A stretch of DNA of 64,000 nucleotides from Octopus bimaculoides (lineage: Eukaryota). The stretch is taken from positions 23,723,746-23,787,745 of the forward strand of contig NC_069001.1 of assembly GCF_001194135.2 (NCBI RefSeq), written 5' to 3'. Shown piece after piece: positions 48,685-60,730 of this stretch (the first letter of the stretch is position 1; each line of letters begins with the position of its first letter). The position numbers and the translations under genes are program-made. The notes below the pieces were generated by a model, which was not told the DNA's origin, did no database searches, and saw only the letters and a list, made by a program, of their open reading frames with translations.

Positions 48685-48883
48685 TTTTACTTGTTTCATT
48701 CATTTGACTGTGGCCATGCTGGAGCACCACCTTTAGCCGAACAAATCAACCCAAAGACTTATTCTTTGTAAGCCTAGTATTTATTTTATCAGTCCCTTTT
48801 GCTGAACTGCTAATTTACGGGTATGTAAACACACCAGCATCGGTTGTCAAGCGATGGTGGGGGCCGAACACAGACACACAAGT

Positions 48884-48919
<36 letters not shown>

Positions 48920-49105
48920 ACACACACACACACACATACACATACACGATGGGCTTCTTTCAGTTTCTGTCTACCAAATCCACTCAAATGGCTTTGGTCT
49001 GCCTGAGGCTATAGTAGAAGACACTTTCCCAAGGTGCCACACAGTGGGATTGAAACCAGAACTATGTGGTTGGTAAGCAAGCTACTTATCACACAGCCAC
49101 TCCTG
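48685..49105 (-). mobile_element. SINE family A, full length with central (CA)n
   Basis: Tail, (CA)n spacer and head all present. Confidence 0.88.
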
Positions 49106-49480
49106 CGCCTGTATGTATATATACTCATGCATCTATGTGCACATGTATGTGTATATATGTATGTTTGTGCATATATATATATATATGAGTGTGTGTATGT
49201 GCGTATGCCCACAAGCACAAGTGTATAAGAATGCATATGTGTGCATGCATGAATGTGTATATATACATGCATGCATGTATATGTGTGTACAATTCTTAAT
49301 GGTTCCTTTGCTGTATAGCATAATGTCTCTTACACCCTGCCCTCATAATTTATGAACATATCACTTCACATTCCACATTAAATTTCCTCTCTTTGTAACA
49401 CCCACTAATATTTTCTGATATTTCTATGACTCATATAGCCCCTGTGGCCAATAAAATCAAAACTACTACTACTACTACTA

Positions 49481-49519
<39 letters not shown>

Positions 49520-50204
49520 TCCTCCTCATTATTATTACAGTCATGAGCATGATCATCGACGTTGTTGTTGTCATCAGCAATTTTATTGTTGTTTTTGTTT
49601 ATTAATTAGCCATGTATCTACTTAAACACTGAATGTGTGTTCACTCTGATTGCATGATGAATTGCAAAAGGTCATCCATTAAGCAATATATTTAATGAAG
49701 ACACACAAAATAAGCATTTATCAGTGCATTATCATTAAAAACAAAATTAACAAGACAAGAAACCCTCTGAAACGAAACGAGGTGAGGCAACACCAACAAC
49801 AACAGCAACAACAAAAATATTGAAGTAATATTATAGATAACCTAAAATATAATCTTTAATGGAACAAAGAAAAAGGGAAGGAGAGAGAGAGAGAGAGAGG
49901 GAGAGAATTAGAGAAAAAGATTGGGAGAAAGGGAGATAGAAAGGGGAGTGAGAGATGTAAGGAGAGGGAGGGAAGGTAGACCCTATTAAAAGGGATTTCA
50001 GAATGTGATTTTTTCGAATGAAATAGAAGCAAAAAAGCCCCAAAAATGTAAACTGACACGGGGATACATGTGTGGGCATGAACACACATGCAGGAAGAAA
50101 TATAAGCCTAAATAAACATTATTCGACATTGATATCCTCATATACACACATATATGCACTTTCTGGTTACGTACATATATATATATATATATATATGTAT
50201 ATAC

Positions 50205-50236
<32 letters not shown>

Positions 50237-50696
50237 NNNNNNNNNNNNNNNNNNNNNNNNNNNNNNNNNNNNNNNNNNNNNNNNNNNNNNNNNNNNNNNN
50301 NNNNNNNNNNNNNNNNNNNNNNNNNNNNNNNNNNNNNNNNNNNNNNNNNNNNNNNNNNNNNNNNNNNNNNNNNNNNNNNNNNNNNNNNNNNNNNNNNNNN
50401 NNNNNNNNNNNNNNNNNNNNNNNNNNNNNNNNNNNNNNNNNNNNNNNNNNNNNNNNNNNNNNNNNNNNNNNNNNNNNNNNNNNNNNNNNNNNNNNNNNNN
50501 NNNNNNNNNNNNNNNNNNNNNNNNNNNNNNNNNNNNNNNNNNNNNNNNNNNNNNNNNNNNNNNNNNNNNNNNNNNNNNNNNNNNNNNNNNNNNNNNNNNN
50601 NNNNNNNNNNNNNNNNNNNNNNNNNNNNNNNNNNNNNNNNNNNNNNNNNNNNNNNNNNNNNNNNNNNNNNNNNNNNNNNNNNNNNNNNNNNNNNNN
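50237..50696. other. Assembly gap (N run)
   Basis: Run of n flanked by (TA)n. Confidence 1.
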
Positions 50697-50738
<42 letters not shown>

Positions 50739-51369
50739 TGTACGTGTTGTTATATGTGTGTTTCAGTGGTTATGTGTGTATGTGTATTTTTTATGTGCGC
50801 GCTACACGCAAACAAGTACATACACATGCACGCACATGACAAAGCACTACACTCCATTAGATACACATTAAATCATTAATTAAACATTAAAACATGGAAT
50901 GTAGCGATTCCATAAAGCATATATAGGTTTCATTCCTTCTTTCATTTCTTTCTTTCTTTCCTTCCTTCCTTCTGCTCTTTTACCAGTGCTGTTGTCATGT
51001 GATAAGTTTCAAAGGTGATGAACATTCTAATGTCTAAATATCTCAAGCATTAAAAGGCAAAACTCAAAAGGAAGAAAAGAAAGAAAAAAAAACAAATACA
51101 AACAATGAGGATATAAATAAAATATAATTTAAAAGAAACAGCTGAGATTTTGCTTTCTTTCTATTGCATTTCATGTTCTTTAATATGTATGTATGCATAT
51201 TTCTGTATGTATGCATATTTCTGTATGTATGTATATGCATTAGTGTAAGTGCTTGTGTGTGTTTGTTTGTGTGTGCGTGTGTGTGTGTGTACCTTCTTGA
51301 TTTTGTAAATGCATTGTTGTGTTTTATTATATATATATATGTATATATATATATACATATATATATATA

Positions 51370-52367
51370 NNNNNNNNNNNNNNNNNNNNNNNNNNNNNNN
51401 NNNNNNNNNNNNNNNNNNNNNNNNNNNNNNNNNNNNNNNNNNNNNNNNNNNNNNNNNNNNNNNNNNNNNNNNNNNNNNNNNNNNNNNNNNNNNNNNNNNN
51501 NNNNNNNNNNNNNNNNNNNNNNNNNNNNNNNNNNNNNNNNNNNNNNNNNNNNNNNNNNNNNNNNNNNNNNNNNNNNNNNNNNNNNNNNNNNNNNNNNNNN
51601 NNNNNNNNNNNNNNNNNNNNNNNNNNNNNNNNNNNNNNNNNNNNNNNNNNNNNNNNNNNNNNNNNNNNNNNNNNNNNNNNNNNNNNNNNNNNNNNNNNNN
51701 NNNNNNNNNNNNNNNNNNNNNNNNNNNNNNNNNNNNNNNNNNNNNNNNNNNNNNNNNNNNNNNNNNNNNNNNNNNNNNNNNNNNNNNNNNNNNNNNNNNN
51801 NNNNNNNNNNNNNNNNNNNNNNNNNNNNNNNNNNNNNNNNNNNNNNNNNNNNNNNNNNNNNNNNNNNNNNNNNNNNNNNNNNNNNNNNNNNNNNNNNNNN
51901 NNNNNNNNNNNNNNNNNNNNNNNNNNNNNNNNNNNNNNNNNNNNNNNNNNNNNNNNNNNNNNNNNNNNNNNNNNNNNNNNNNNNNNNNNNNNNNNNNNNN
52001 NNNNNNNNNNNNNNNNNNNNNNNNNNNNNNNNNNNNNNNNNNNNNNNNNNNNNNNNNNNNNNNNNNNNNNNNNNNNNNNNNNNNNNNNNNNNNNNNNNNN
52101 NNNNNNNNNNNNNNNNNNNNNNNNNNNNNNNNNNNNNNNNNNNNNNNNNNNNNNNNNNNNNNNNNNNNNNNNNNNNNNNNNNNNNNNNNNNNNNNNNNNN
52201 NNNNNNNNNNNNNNNNNNNNNNNNNNNNNNNNNNNNNNNNNNNNNNNNNNNNNNNNNNNNNNNNNNNNNNNNNNNNNNNNNNNNNNNNNNNNNNNNNNNN
52301 NNNNNNNNNNNNNNNNNNNNNNNNNNNNNNNNNNNNNNNNNNNNNNNNNNNNNNNNNNNNNNNNNNN

Positions 52368-52368
<1 letters not shown>
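51370..52368. other. Assembly gap (N run)
   Basis: Run of n flanked by (TA)n. Confidence 1.
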
Positions 52369-52411
<43 letters not shown>

Positions 52412-52549
52412 GAGTATATACACCATAATGTAGCAAAATTATGTGACACAATGAGAATGAGCCAATAGGAGATCTGCTATGCCATGTGGGTGGTGATAGA
52501 ATATGTTGACTCTACCTGAATTTGGAACTGCTGTTGACAAAATATTTAA

Positions 52550-53247
52550 CCCTTCAGCATTCACATTTCTCTATAAAATGTAAGAAAGGGTAAAAGGGAA
52601 TTGCACCTAGAAAGTTATCTGTCAAAGCACAAGTCCAGGTAAGGTTGTTCATGGAAGACCAGCAGTCACACATGCATACCAGTTTTCCCTCTCCATGTTA
52701 TTATACGTACATAGGGTAAATGGTAAAACCCCCTTTAGTCATGAATGATCATGGGATAGTACCTAGAAAGTTACCCTCCGATATACAAGTTCATGCAAGG
52801 TTGTTTATGGAAGACCAGCTGTCGCTGATGCACACCAACTCCACTTTCCACATCACCGATATTGTCCAAGGAAAAGGAAAGTCCGATACAGCTTGACACA
52901 AGTGATGTCACAACTCATTTCTATGGCCGAGTGAACTGGAGCGATGTGAAATAAAATGTCTTGCTCAAAAACACACAGCCCGGTCTAGGAATCGAACACA
53001 GTACCTCATGATTCTGAGCCTGATGATCTAACCACTGAGCCATGAGCCTATCAAATGTACTGCTTATTCACATTGTTTTGAATTCATCATGCATTACCTT
53101 GTAGTTTCAAAATCTTCAAAATGGTGTGTTTGTATATTTCTAGAATAACATTGTGGGGTAAATGTGACAGGTTGGATCCAGTTAGTTTTAACATATAAGA
53201 GGTAAAATATTTGGGTTGGATGTGACCAGATTAAATGCTAAAGGGTT
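52550..53247. mobile_element. piggyBac-type MITE split by a SINE insertion
   Basis: ttaa|cccttcagcattc (52546-52562) ... resumes at 53053 (aaatgtactgcttattcacattgttttgaat) ... aatgctaaaggg. Confidence 0.75.
52583..53047 (-). mobile_element. SINE with family-C-like head and a different, internally duplicated 3' body; 12-bp TSD
   Basis: Minus head ggctcatggctcagtggttaga...gttcgattcc...tttttgagcaagacattttatttcac; body repeats cacctagaaagtta/ggttgtt(c/t)atggaagaccagc twice; TSD ctat(a/c)aaatgta at 52571-52582 and 53048-53059. Confidence 0.8.
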
Positions 53248-53629
53248 TTAAAAAAATACCATATAATAAACATTACCACTTTATGGCTATTTTCCTTCCT
53301 GGCATCGGCTGGATTATTGTCAGAGTTTCATCAGTTCTTATTATGAGTTACTGCTTTCTCAGACATGTGAGAGAACCATGTCTTACTTGTATCTTCTATT
53401 TTGGTAGGATTTCTTCAACTGGATACCCTTCCTGTCACCAACCCTCACCTGTTTCCAAGCAAAGTACCATCTCCCTATAGTTGAACACATTTTCACTGAA
53501 GATTAGAAAGGAACAGCATCACTTGTATGATAATAATGCTTGCTTACAAGTAGCATGTGATGTCCAAACAAAGGTGTGCACACACACACACATACACACA
53601 CGTGTGTGTGTGTGTTTGTGTGTGTGTGT

Positions 53630-53765
53630 TTCTGTCTATGAAATCCACTCACAAAGCTTTGGTTGACTTTGAACTATATTAGAAGACACTTGCTTAAGAT
53701 GCTATGCAGTGGGACTAAGTCTGAAAGTACATGGTTAGGAAGCAAGCTTTTAACCACATGACCAC
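53630..53765 (-). mobile_element. SINE family A, 5' head
   Basis: aaatccactcacaaagctttggt...gaagacacttgc...gcaagcttttaaccacatg. Confidence 0.7.
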
Positions 53766-53934
53766 TGCATTTTATAGTGGCACCAGCACTAGTGACATTG
53801 CCTGGTGCTCTGCAAAGCCTAAAGAATCCTCACTGCTCTTGTTCAAGAGAGCATGGCAAAATGAGTGAAAAGATAAATCAAATCTCAAATTTAAAATGAT
53901 AATTTAAGACCAAAGCCAAAGTGAGGTAAAGGAA

Positions 53935-54305
53935 GTGGCTCTGTGGTAAGAAGCTTCCTTCTCAATTACATGGTATGAGGTTCAGTCCCACTGCATGCCA
54001 CCTTGGGCAAGTGTCTTCTACTATAGCCTTGAGCTGACAAAGCCTTGTGGGTGGATTTTTGTAGATGGAAACTGAAAGAAGCTTATTATGTGTGTGCGCG
54101 CACGCATGCGTGTGGGTGTGTATGTGTGCATGCTTGATGATCGGTGCTGGTGAGAATGTCCCTGTAACCGAGCAGTTCAGCAAAAAAGATGGACAAAATA
54201 AGTACTAGGCTTTAAAAGCATAAGTACTGGGGTCAATGCGTTTGAGTAAAAGTTCTCCAAGGTGGTGCTCCAGCATGGTCACAGTCTAACGACTGAAATA
54301 AGTAC
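53935..54305 (+). mobile_element. SINE family A, full length
   Basis: gtggctctgtggtaagaagc head to gactgaaataagta tail. Confidence 0.85.
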
Positions 54306-54539
54306 AAATATAAAAAAGATAAGTGGATGACTGTCTTGAATTTAAATAATTTCAGAGGTCTTGAATTGAATGATGTACACAAAATATGAACCAATTGAAA
54401 TGTCCTCATTTGGAGGTAAAAAACAATACATAATCCAACTGGTAATTGTTTGTGATTCTGAAAGTAAAGAGGAGATATTTTATGTAATTAAGTATACCAC
54501 ATATCTATGAATTTGTAAAATGCAAGATTCAAAGACCTG

Positions 54540-54883
54540 TTGGGGCGTGATGACACCTGTGCCCAGCATCACCTTCCTGGCACTTGTGCTGGTGGCACGT
54601 GTAAAGACATTCGAGCGAGATCGTTGCCAGTGCTGCTGGACTGGCTCCTGTGCAGGTGGCACGTAAAATACACCATTTTGAGTGTGACTGTTGCCAGTAC
54701 CACCTGACTGGCCTTCGTGCCGGTGGCACGTAAAAGCACCCACTACACTCTCGGAGTGGTTGGCGTTAGGAAGGGCATCCAACTGTAGAAACACTGCCAG
54801 ATCAGATTGGAGCCTGGTGTAGCCATCTGGTTTCACCAGCCCTCAGTCAAATTGTCCAACCCATGTTAACATGGAAAGCAGAC
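54540..54883 (+). mobile_element. RTE LINE 3'-UTR copy with tandem units (runs into gap)
   Basis: ttgccagt...gtggcacgt(a/g)aa units, then ggttggcgttaggaagggcatccaactgtagaaac...catggaaagcagac. Confidence 0.8.
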
Positions 54884-55239
54884 NNNNNNNNNNNNNNNNN
54901 NNNNNNNNNNNNNNNNNNNNNNNNNNNNNNNNNNNNNNNNNNNNNNNNNNNNNNNNNNNNNNNNNNNNNNNNNNNNNNNNNNNNNNNNNNNNNNNNNNNN
55001 NNNNNNNNNNNNNNNNNNNNNNNNNNNNNNNNNNNNNNNNNNNNNNNNNNNNNNNNNNNNNNNNNNNNNNNNNNNNNNNNNNNNNNNNNNNNNNNNNNNN
55101 NNNNNNNNNNNNNNNNNNNNNNNNNNNNNNNNNNNNNNNNNNNNNNNNNNNNNNNNNNNNNNNNNNNNNNNNNNNNNNNNNNNNNNNNNNNNNNNNNNNN
55201 NNNNNNNNNNNNNNNNNNNNNNNNNNNNNNNNNNNNNNN
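54884..55239. other. Assembly gap (N run)
   Basis: Run of n. Confidence 1.
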
Positions 55240-56523
55240 ACTGGCATTAATCTGACATCTTGTCATCAAAAGACTTCAGACATTTTCAGCAAAATAAGAA
55301 AAGAGATGATAATGAAGAAAAATAATAGAAAAATAATAATAATGAAGAAAAATAATAGAGAACACATAAGAATAAGATAAATTATCTGACTATGGTGATT
55401 AGAAAAAAAAAAATTATTCTTTTCAGTACTTTTTTATTTAAAATTTTTTTTTCACTTTATACATTTTTCCTTCTTTGTTTGTGTCAGTTTGTATATAAGC
55501 GTGTTTGTTAAAGAAAAACGTGTTATTTAGTTATTTCAGGAAAAAAAAAAAAAACAGAATTTTGTATGTAAAGATGTTTGTGTGTGTGTGTGTGTGTGTG
55601 TGTTTGTGTGTGTGTGTTTGTATAAGGGATAAATATGATGTACTTGTTTTACTTTGAAGACAAGAAAAATTGCCATGCTTCCATAGGCACACACATACAC
55701 ATATATATGCAGGAGAAAAGATGAAAAAACTGGAGGGGGTGAAATGAGATTTATAGGAAATAAAACATAATCAAGAAGACATTTTCAGTTTAAAAATATT
55801 AAGAATTAATTATGTTTTCAAATGAATTGATTTTTTATTGCTTGTTTGTTTAATGCGACAGATGTAAATCAATATTTACGAAAAAGTACACATATATCAT
55901 ATTTTTGCAAAAATAATGATTTCCCATATTAGCACAGGGTCAGCCCCCAAATTTTGAGAAGGCTAGATTGAGTTGAACCCAGTAAGTGTTTAGTACTTGA
56001 TAGTCTTTTACTGATTCCAGTCTTTATACTATTTGGGCCATGAATGTGCTAGAAGCAACTTAAAAGGTTTAGGCAATGAAATCAAATTCAGTGGTTATTT
56101 TATCTTCCAAATTTGTTGCCAATTATTCTCTCAGTTTCTATTTTGGCGAACTGCTAAGTTAGTAATGTAAGCAAACACTATTTGTTAAGTGGTGTCATGT
56201 AAAGACAACATACAGAGGAAGACAAACACATATAAATATGTGTGTGTATATATATATCTGTGTGTGTGCATGTGTGAGTATGCATGTATATGTATTTGCC
56301 AGTATGTATTTGTATCTGTCCATATCTTATCTTTACATGACACTATATATGTGTACGTATACCATCTATATTTCATTCCATACTGTCATCTCTGAAGAGT
56401 GCAGGGTTACATAATCCGGCTGTTAGCTAACATTCCATCGAGCCCCTAGTTTGAAACTGATAGGTAAGATCAGCTGTAATAGATATATAATACTGTACAT
56501 TTTGATTAATAGATGTACATATT

Positions 56524-56578
<55 letters not shown>

Positions 56579-56789
56579 ACATGTATATATGTATTTCAAA
56601 TGTCTTCTATATCTCTATCTACACATGCACACACACGGATGTTAAACAATGATGATGATGATGATGATACAACCAATATACCGTTTTATTTTTTTTTAAG
56701 AATGTAGTGTATGATTTAAGAGAAATTAAGCTGTTTTTTTCTAGCAGGTAAAATAGCCATAAAGAGACTTCATTGTCAACTCAGTTGGT

Positions 56790-57100
56790 TTCATCATCAT
56801 CATCATCATCGTTTAACGTCCGCTTTCCATGCTAGCATGGGTTGGACGATTTGACTGGGGACTGGTGAAACCGGATGGCAACACCAGGCTCCAGTCTGAT
56901 TTGGCAGAGTTTCTACAGCTGGATGCCCTTCCTAACGCCAACCACTCAGAGAGTGTAGTGGGTGCTTTTACGTGTCACCCGCACGAAAACGGCCACGCTC
57001 GAAATGGTGTCTTTTATGTGCCACCCGCACAAGCCAGTCCAGGGGCACTGGCAACGATCTTACTTGAATTGCCGGGTCTTCTCACGCACAGCACATTTCC
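56790..57100 (-). mobile_element. RTE LINE 3' end (last codons plus shortened 3' UTR)
   Basis: (CAT)n-cgtttaacgtccgctttccatg...ggatgcccttcctaacgccaacc..., ending ttgccgggtcttctcacgcacagcacatttcca, which matches the ORF end at ~16160-16195. Confidence 0.85.
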
Positions 57101-57339
57101 AAATTGTTTAATAAATATCTTAATAATTATATCAATGTTATACTTGTTCCCAATATTTACCAAAATTCAAATTACAGAAGAAGGACAAAGAAATTCTTTA
57201 ATGGGTTTCAAGAATTAGATCCTGGCCACGCTGAGGCACTGCCTTCAAGGGACACAAGTAGTCATTTCTGCTGTTTATTTTATCAAGTTATCTCCTTTGG
57301 CAAAGGTATATTTTGGTAAATAGAGATACAACTCAACAC

Positions 57340-57800
57340 CTGTAAACACTGACACACAAATACATACACTAATACACTAATACACACATACAAATACTGA
57401 CAAACATGTATAAACAAACACTGACACACACACACACACACATGCATGTACACCAAGGATGTATACACAGATGTAAACACCCACAAGGATGCACACACAC
57501 ATACTGATGTCCACATGCACACAAACACACACATACGTACTGATGCCCACATGCACGCAAACACACACACACGTACTGATGCCCACATGCATGCAAACAC
57601 ACACACATACACAAAATAATGCATACATTGATGCATACAGGCATACAAACACACACACATGCGCATACACAAATATTGATGCACACAAAACCACTAATGT
57701 ACACACATACACACATTGGTCTATGCACATATACAAACACAATAATGCACACGCCGATGCACACATGCTGACAAATGCACATACACATTAATGCACACAT
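57340..57800. repeat. CA-rich minisatellite (~32-34-bp unit tactgatg(c/t)ccacatgcac..aaacacacacac x3 within a low-complexity tract)
   Basis: Units visible at ~57502, ~57538 and ~57574. Confidence 0.85.
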
Positions 57801-58318
57801 ACATACACTAATGTATATACACGCTTCTATAAATTTGACCTGCAACACTGCATCTTTGTTTTTCCCTGATGAAACTTTGGACTCAGCTTTGCTGCTATAT
57901 TTACAATCTGAAACACAAATACCCAAGTGTGAGGAACTCAAGACTGTAATGAAGGCATATGTGAACTGATATATGTAATGTTGTTCCTACCTCTAACATT
58001 TATTCGATTTTACTGGTGATATTTTTATCTATCAATCCTCAAGTGATGAATAAATGTTTACTATTTTCTGGTTTTCTTTTTTTTTTTTTGCAATTATAAT
58101 ACTCTCAGAATTCTTTGCTAAGTCCTTTACATGACAAAATATATTCTTTTATTGAAAGAGATTTATATCAGTACTATCAATAAGTCACCTTCATGAGTTT
58201 ATTAAATTTTATTTTTATGTTAGCTTTGAACATTTAAGTTCTTTTTGCAAAGCGTTTTTATACTCAGACACAGTAGAATACACACTTACACATACACCAG
58301 TATATATGTGTGTGTATA

Positions 58319-59179
58319 CAGGGTGCGTCGAATAAATTGTCGTCTAAATTATGCAAAAATGAAAATAACACTGACATCTCATTTTAAGATATATTTACCA
58401 AAATTACTTTAAAATATCTTGAAATACTAAAAAGTAAATTTATTCAATAAAATCACGATTGGCTTCAACCACGGCCTCCAGACGGCTTCACAATCTCCTG
58501 CAACTCTTCTGAACAATCTTAGTTGCTTAAGTTGGTGAATGCTGCCATAATCCTTGCCTTCAGTTCATCTTTGGAGTTTTATTGATCTCTTGCTCAACTG
58601 CACCCTGCACATAATAATCAAGGGGGTTACAGTCTGGTGAGTTAGGTGGGCAGATGTTAGGCATGATGTGATCATAGAAATTGTCTGACAACCATGGCTG
58701 GGTCCTCCTGCTTGTGAGGCATGGTGCAGAGTCCTGTTGCCAGACATAGGGTCTTCCAGCAGCCACCCTCTTGACCCAGGGCAGCACCACCTCCTCCAGG
58801 CACTCTGTGTTGAGTGTGAAGCCATGTGAGAAGATGAATAGAGGAATAACGTCGCTATCACTAGTGATCACTCCAAACACCATTATGTTGATTGGATGTT
58901 TGATTTTTATCACTCTCACTACATGTTTTGGGTACACAACAATCCAGCAGTTGTTCTGTGTTCATCATGTTTGCATTGGAGCTTCCAGCATGAATGCCAA
59001 GCAGTACAGCAGGTTATTTCTAAATTTCTGGTAGAGTGAATTGCATCATGATGCTGTTTTTCTCACAGATGGTGCCCAACTGAACCTACTATATTGTGTA
59101 GTCAGCAAAATCAAAAACAAACAATGTGCATGCACGAAATTAAATATATAAAATGGCGACATTTTACCCATCGTACCCT

Positions 59180-59180
<1 letters not shown>
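58319..59180 (-). mobile_element. Tc1/mariner maT (DD37D) element, internally deleted, second copy
   Basis: TA|cagggtgcgtcgaataaattgtcg ... cgacattttacccatcgtaccctg|TA; QQDSAP...37 aa...NPLDYY in ORF 58560-58937. Confidence 0.9.
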
Positions 59181-59226
<46 letters not shown>

Positions 59227-59520
59227 TATATATACACACACACACACATACATATATACATACATATCTATATGATATATCAATCAGAGTGTACAGTATT
59301 ATAAATACTTAGTTATTCTTATCAGTTTTGTAATAGATATTAAAACCAGATGTTAGATAATAGGAAAATTAAGATATACCATGTGCTCTTCAGCATTTGT
59401 TGGTATGGAAAAAAATATAGCAAATAATTACCATTTATATATGTGCATATATTTCACCCTCCGCAAAAAATCCCAAATTTTATTTAATTTGCTTTGCGGG
59501 AAGGACTGTTCCAACGAAGT

Positions 59521-59581
59521 CACGTATTGTCCTTGCCTTCGAAACGCGGAGTAGATGGAAAAGGGACAACTGACGAAGAGG
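59521..59581 (+). ncRNA. Candidate hammerhead-like motif with non-standard strand order
   Basis: cacGTA-ttgtcctt (III'/NUH/I'), cttc-GAAA-cgcg (II'/core/III), agggacaa-CTGACGA-a-gagg (I/core/II); all three stems can pair. Confidence 0.5.
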
Positions 59582-59785
59582 TATACTCTTTATGTTACAT
59601 GTTTCATTTCTCTGTTTTTTTCGTTGTTCAAAAAATATTCGTTTTCTGTTTTCATTTCTCATTGTGCTTAATGTTTGTTTTTGATGTCCTGTACCCATAT
59701 ATGCATGTATGTATACATATAGATGTAGCTATGTACATATATGTATGGATATATGCATATATTTATTTATATTTATTTATATATA

Positions 59786-59873
59786 NNNNNNNNNNNNNNN
59801 NNNNNNNNNNNNNNNNNNNNNNNNNNNNNNNNNNNNNNNNNNNNNNNNNNNNNNNNNNNNNNNNNNNNNNNNN
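59786..59873. other. Assembly gap (N run)
   Basis: Run of n flanked by (TA)n. Confidence 1.
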
Positions 59874-59916
<43 letters not shown>

Positions 59917-59989
59917 TCAATAATAATAATAATAAGGATTATTACGGAGTTGCAAAGCATTACCTTTAATTCTTTTAATATATATACAG

Positions 59990-60335
59990 CTTTACGAAGA
60001 CCAACACATGTTTCAAACTGCACCGATTTGTAACCATTGAAATTGCTACCATACTATAATACCAGAGTAGATTCTGCAGGGTCTTACTTAATATTCTTCA
60101 ATTTAACTGTTTAAAGATTTTTGTTTATCTACTCTGCATTCTATGATGTAGAGATGTCCATTAATTTAGATGCGAACAATCTTCAATTCAAGTTTTGATT
60201 GGATAATCACTTACAGTCCATTATTTCAAAACATTCTGTTGTTTAAATGTTTATCATTGATTTTTACTGGGCAAATGTGAATTTCCTCATGTGTGAGCAT
60301 CTTAAAGCTCATTCCTCTCTAGAATTTATTTGTCC
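59990..60335 (-). mobile_element. Penelope-like element 3' fragment (inverted copy) with a degenerate hammerhead-like motif
   Basis: Reverse complement of 60578-60715 (INSREE..LRCSHMRKFTFAQ); downstream aagacc-CTGCAGA...GAAA-catgtg-TT-ggtctt at 60085 to 59997. Confidence 0.65.
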
Positions 60336-60479
60336 TTCTATGCACTAGTGTGTGCATTATTTTGTGTGCGTGTTTGTGTGCTTGTGAGCATCAGTATGTG
60401 TGTGTGTGTGTGTATGTGTGTATCCTTGTGGGTGGGTGTTCACATCAGTGTATATATATCCTTTGTGTGTGTCAGAGTT

Positions 60480-60730
60480 TGTGCACGGGAATTAATTTGT
60501 ACAACGAAATCATACAGACCTGGAACTAAAAACTGTGACCTATGTTTAGAATTTTACCAGATCTTTAAATCTAAGGGTAATGTAATAAATTCTAGAGAAG
60601 AACAAGCTTTGAGATGCTCACACATGAGGAACTTCACATTTGCCCAGTATAAATCAATGATAAACACTTAAACAACTGAATGCTATGAAATAATGAACTA
60701 TAAGTGATTATCCAATGGAATACATCTCTA
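60480..60730 (+). mobile_element. Penelope-like element 3' fragment (GIY-YIG C-terminus)
   Basis: TKSYRPGTKNCDLCL...INSREEQALRCSHMRNFTFAQYK in ORF 60330-60671. Confidence 0.75.

Noticed and set aside
57830-57968. Possible small exon (either strand) after the CA minisatellite
   Set aside because: Weak donor, no recognisable protein similarity.
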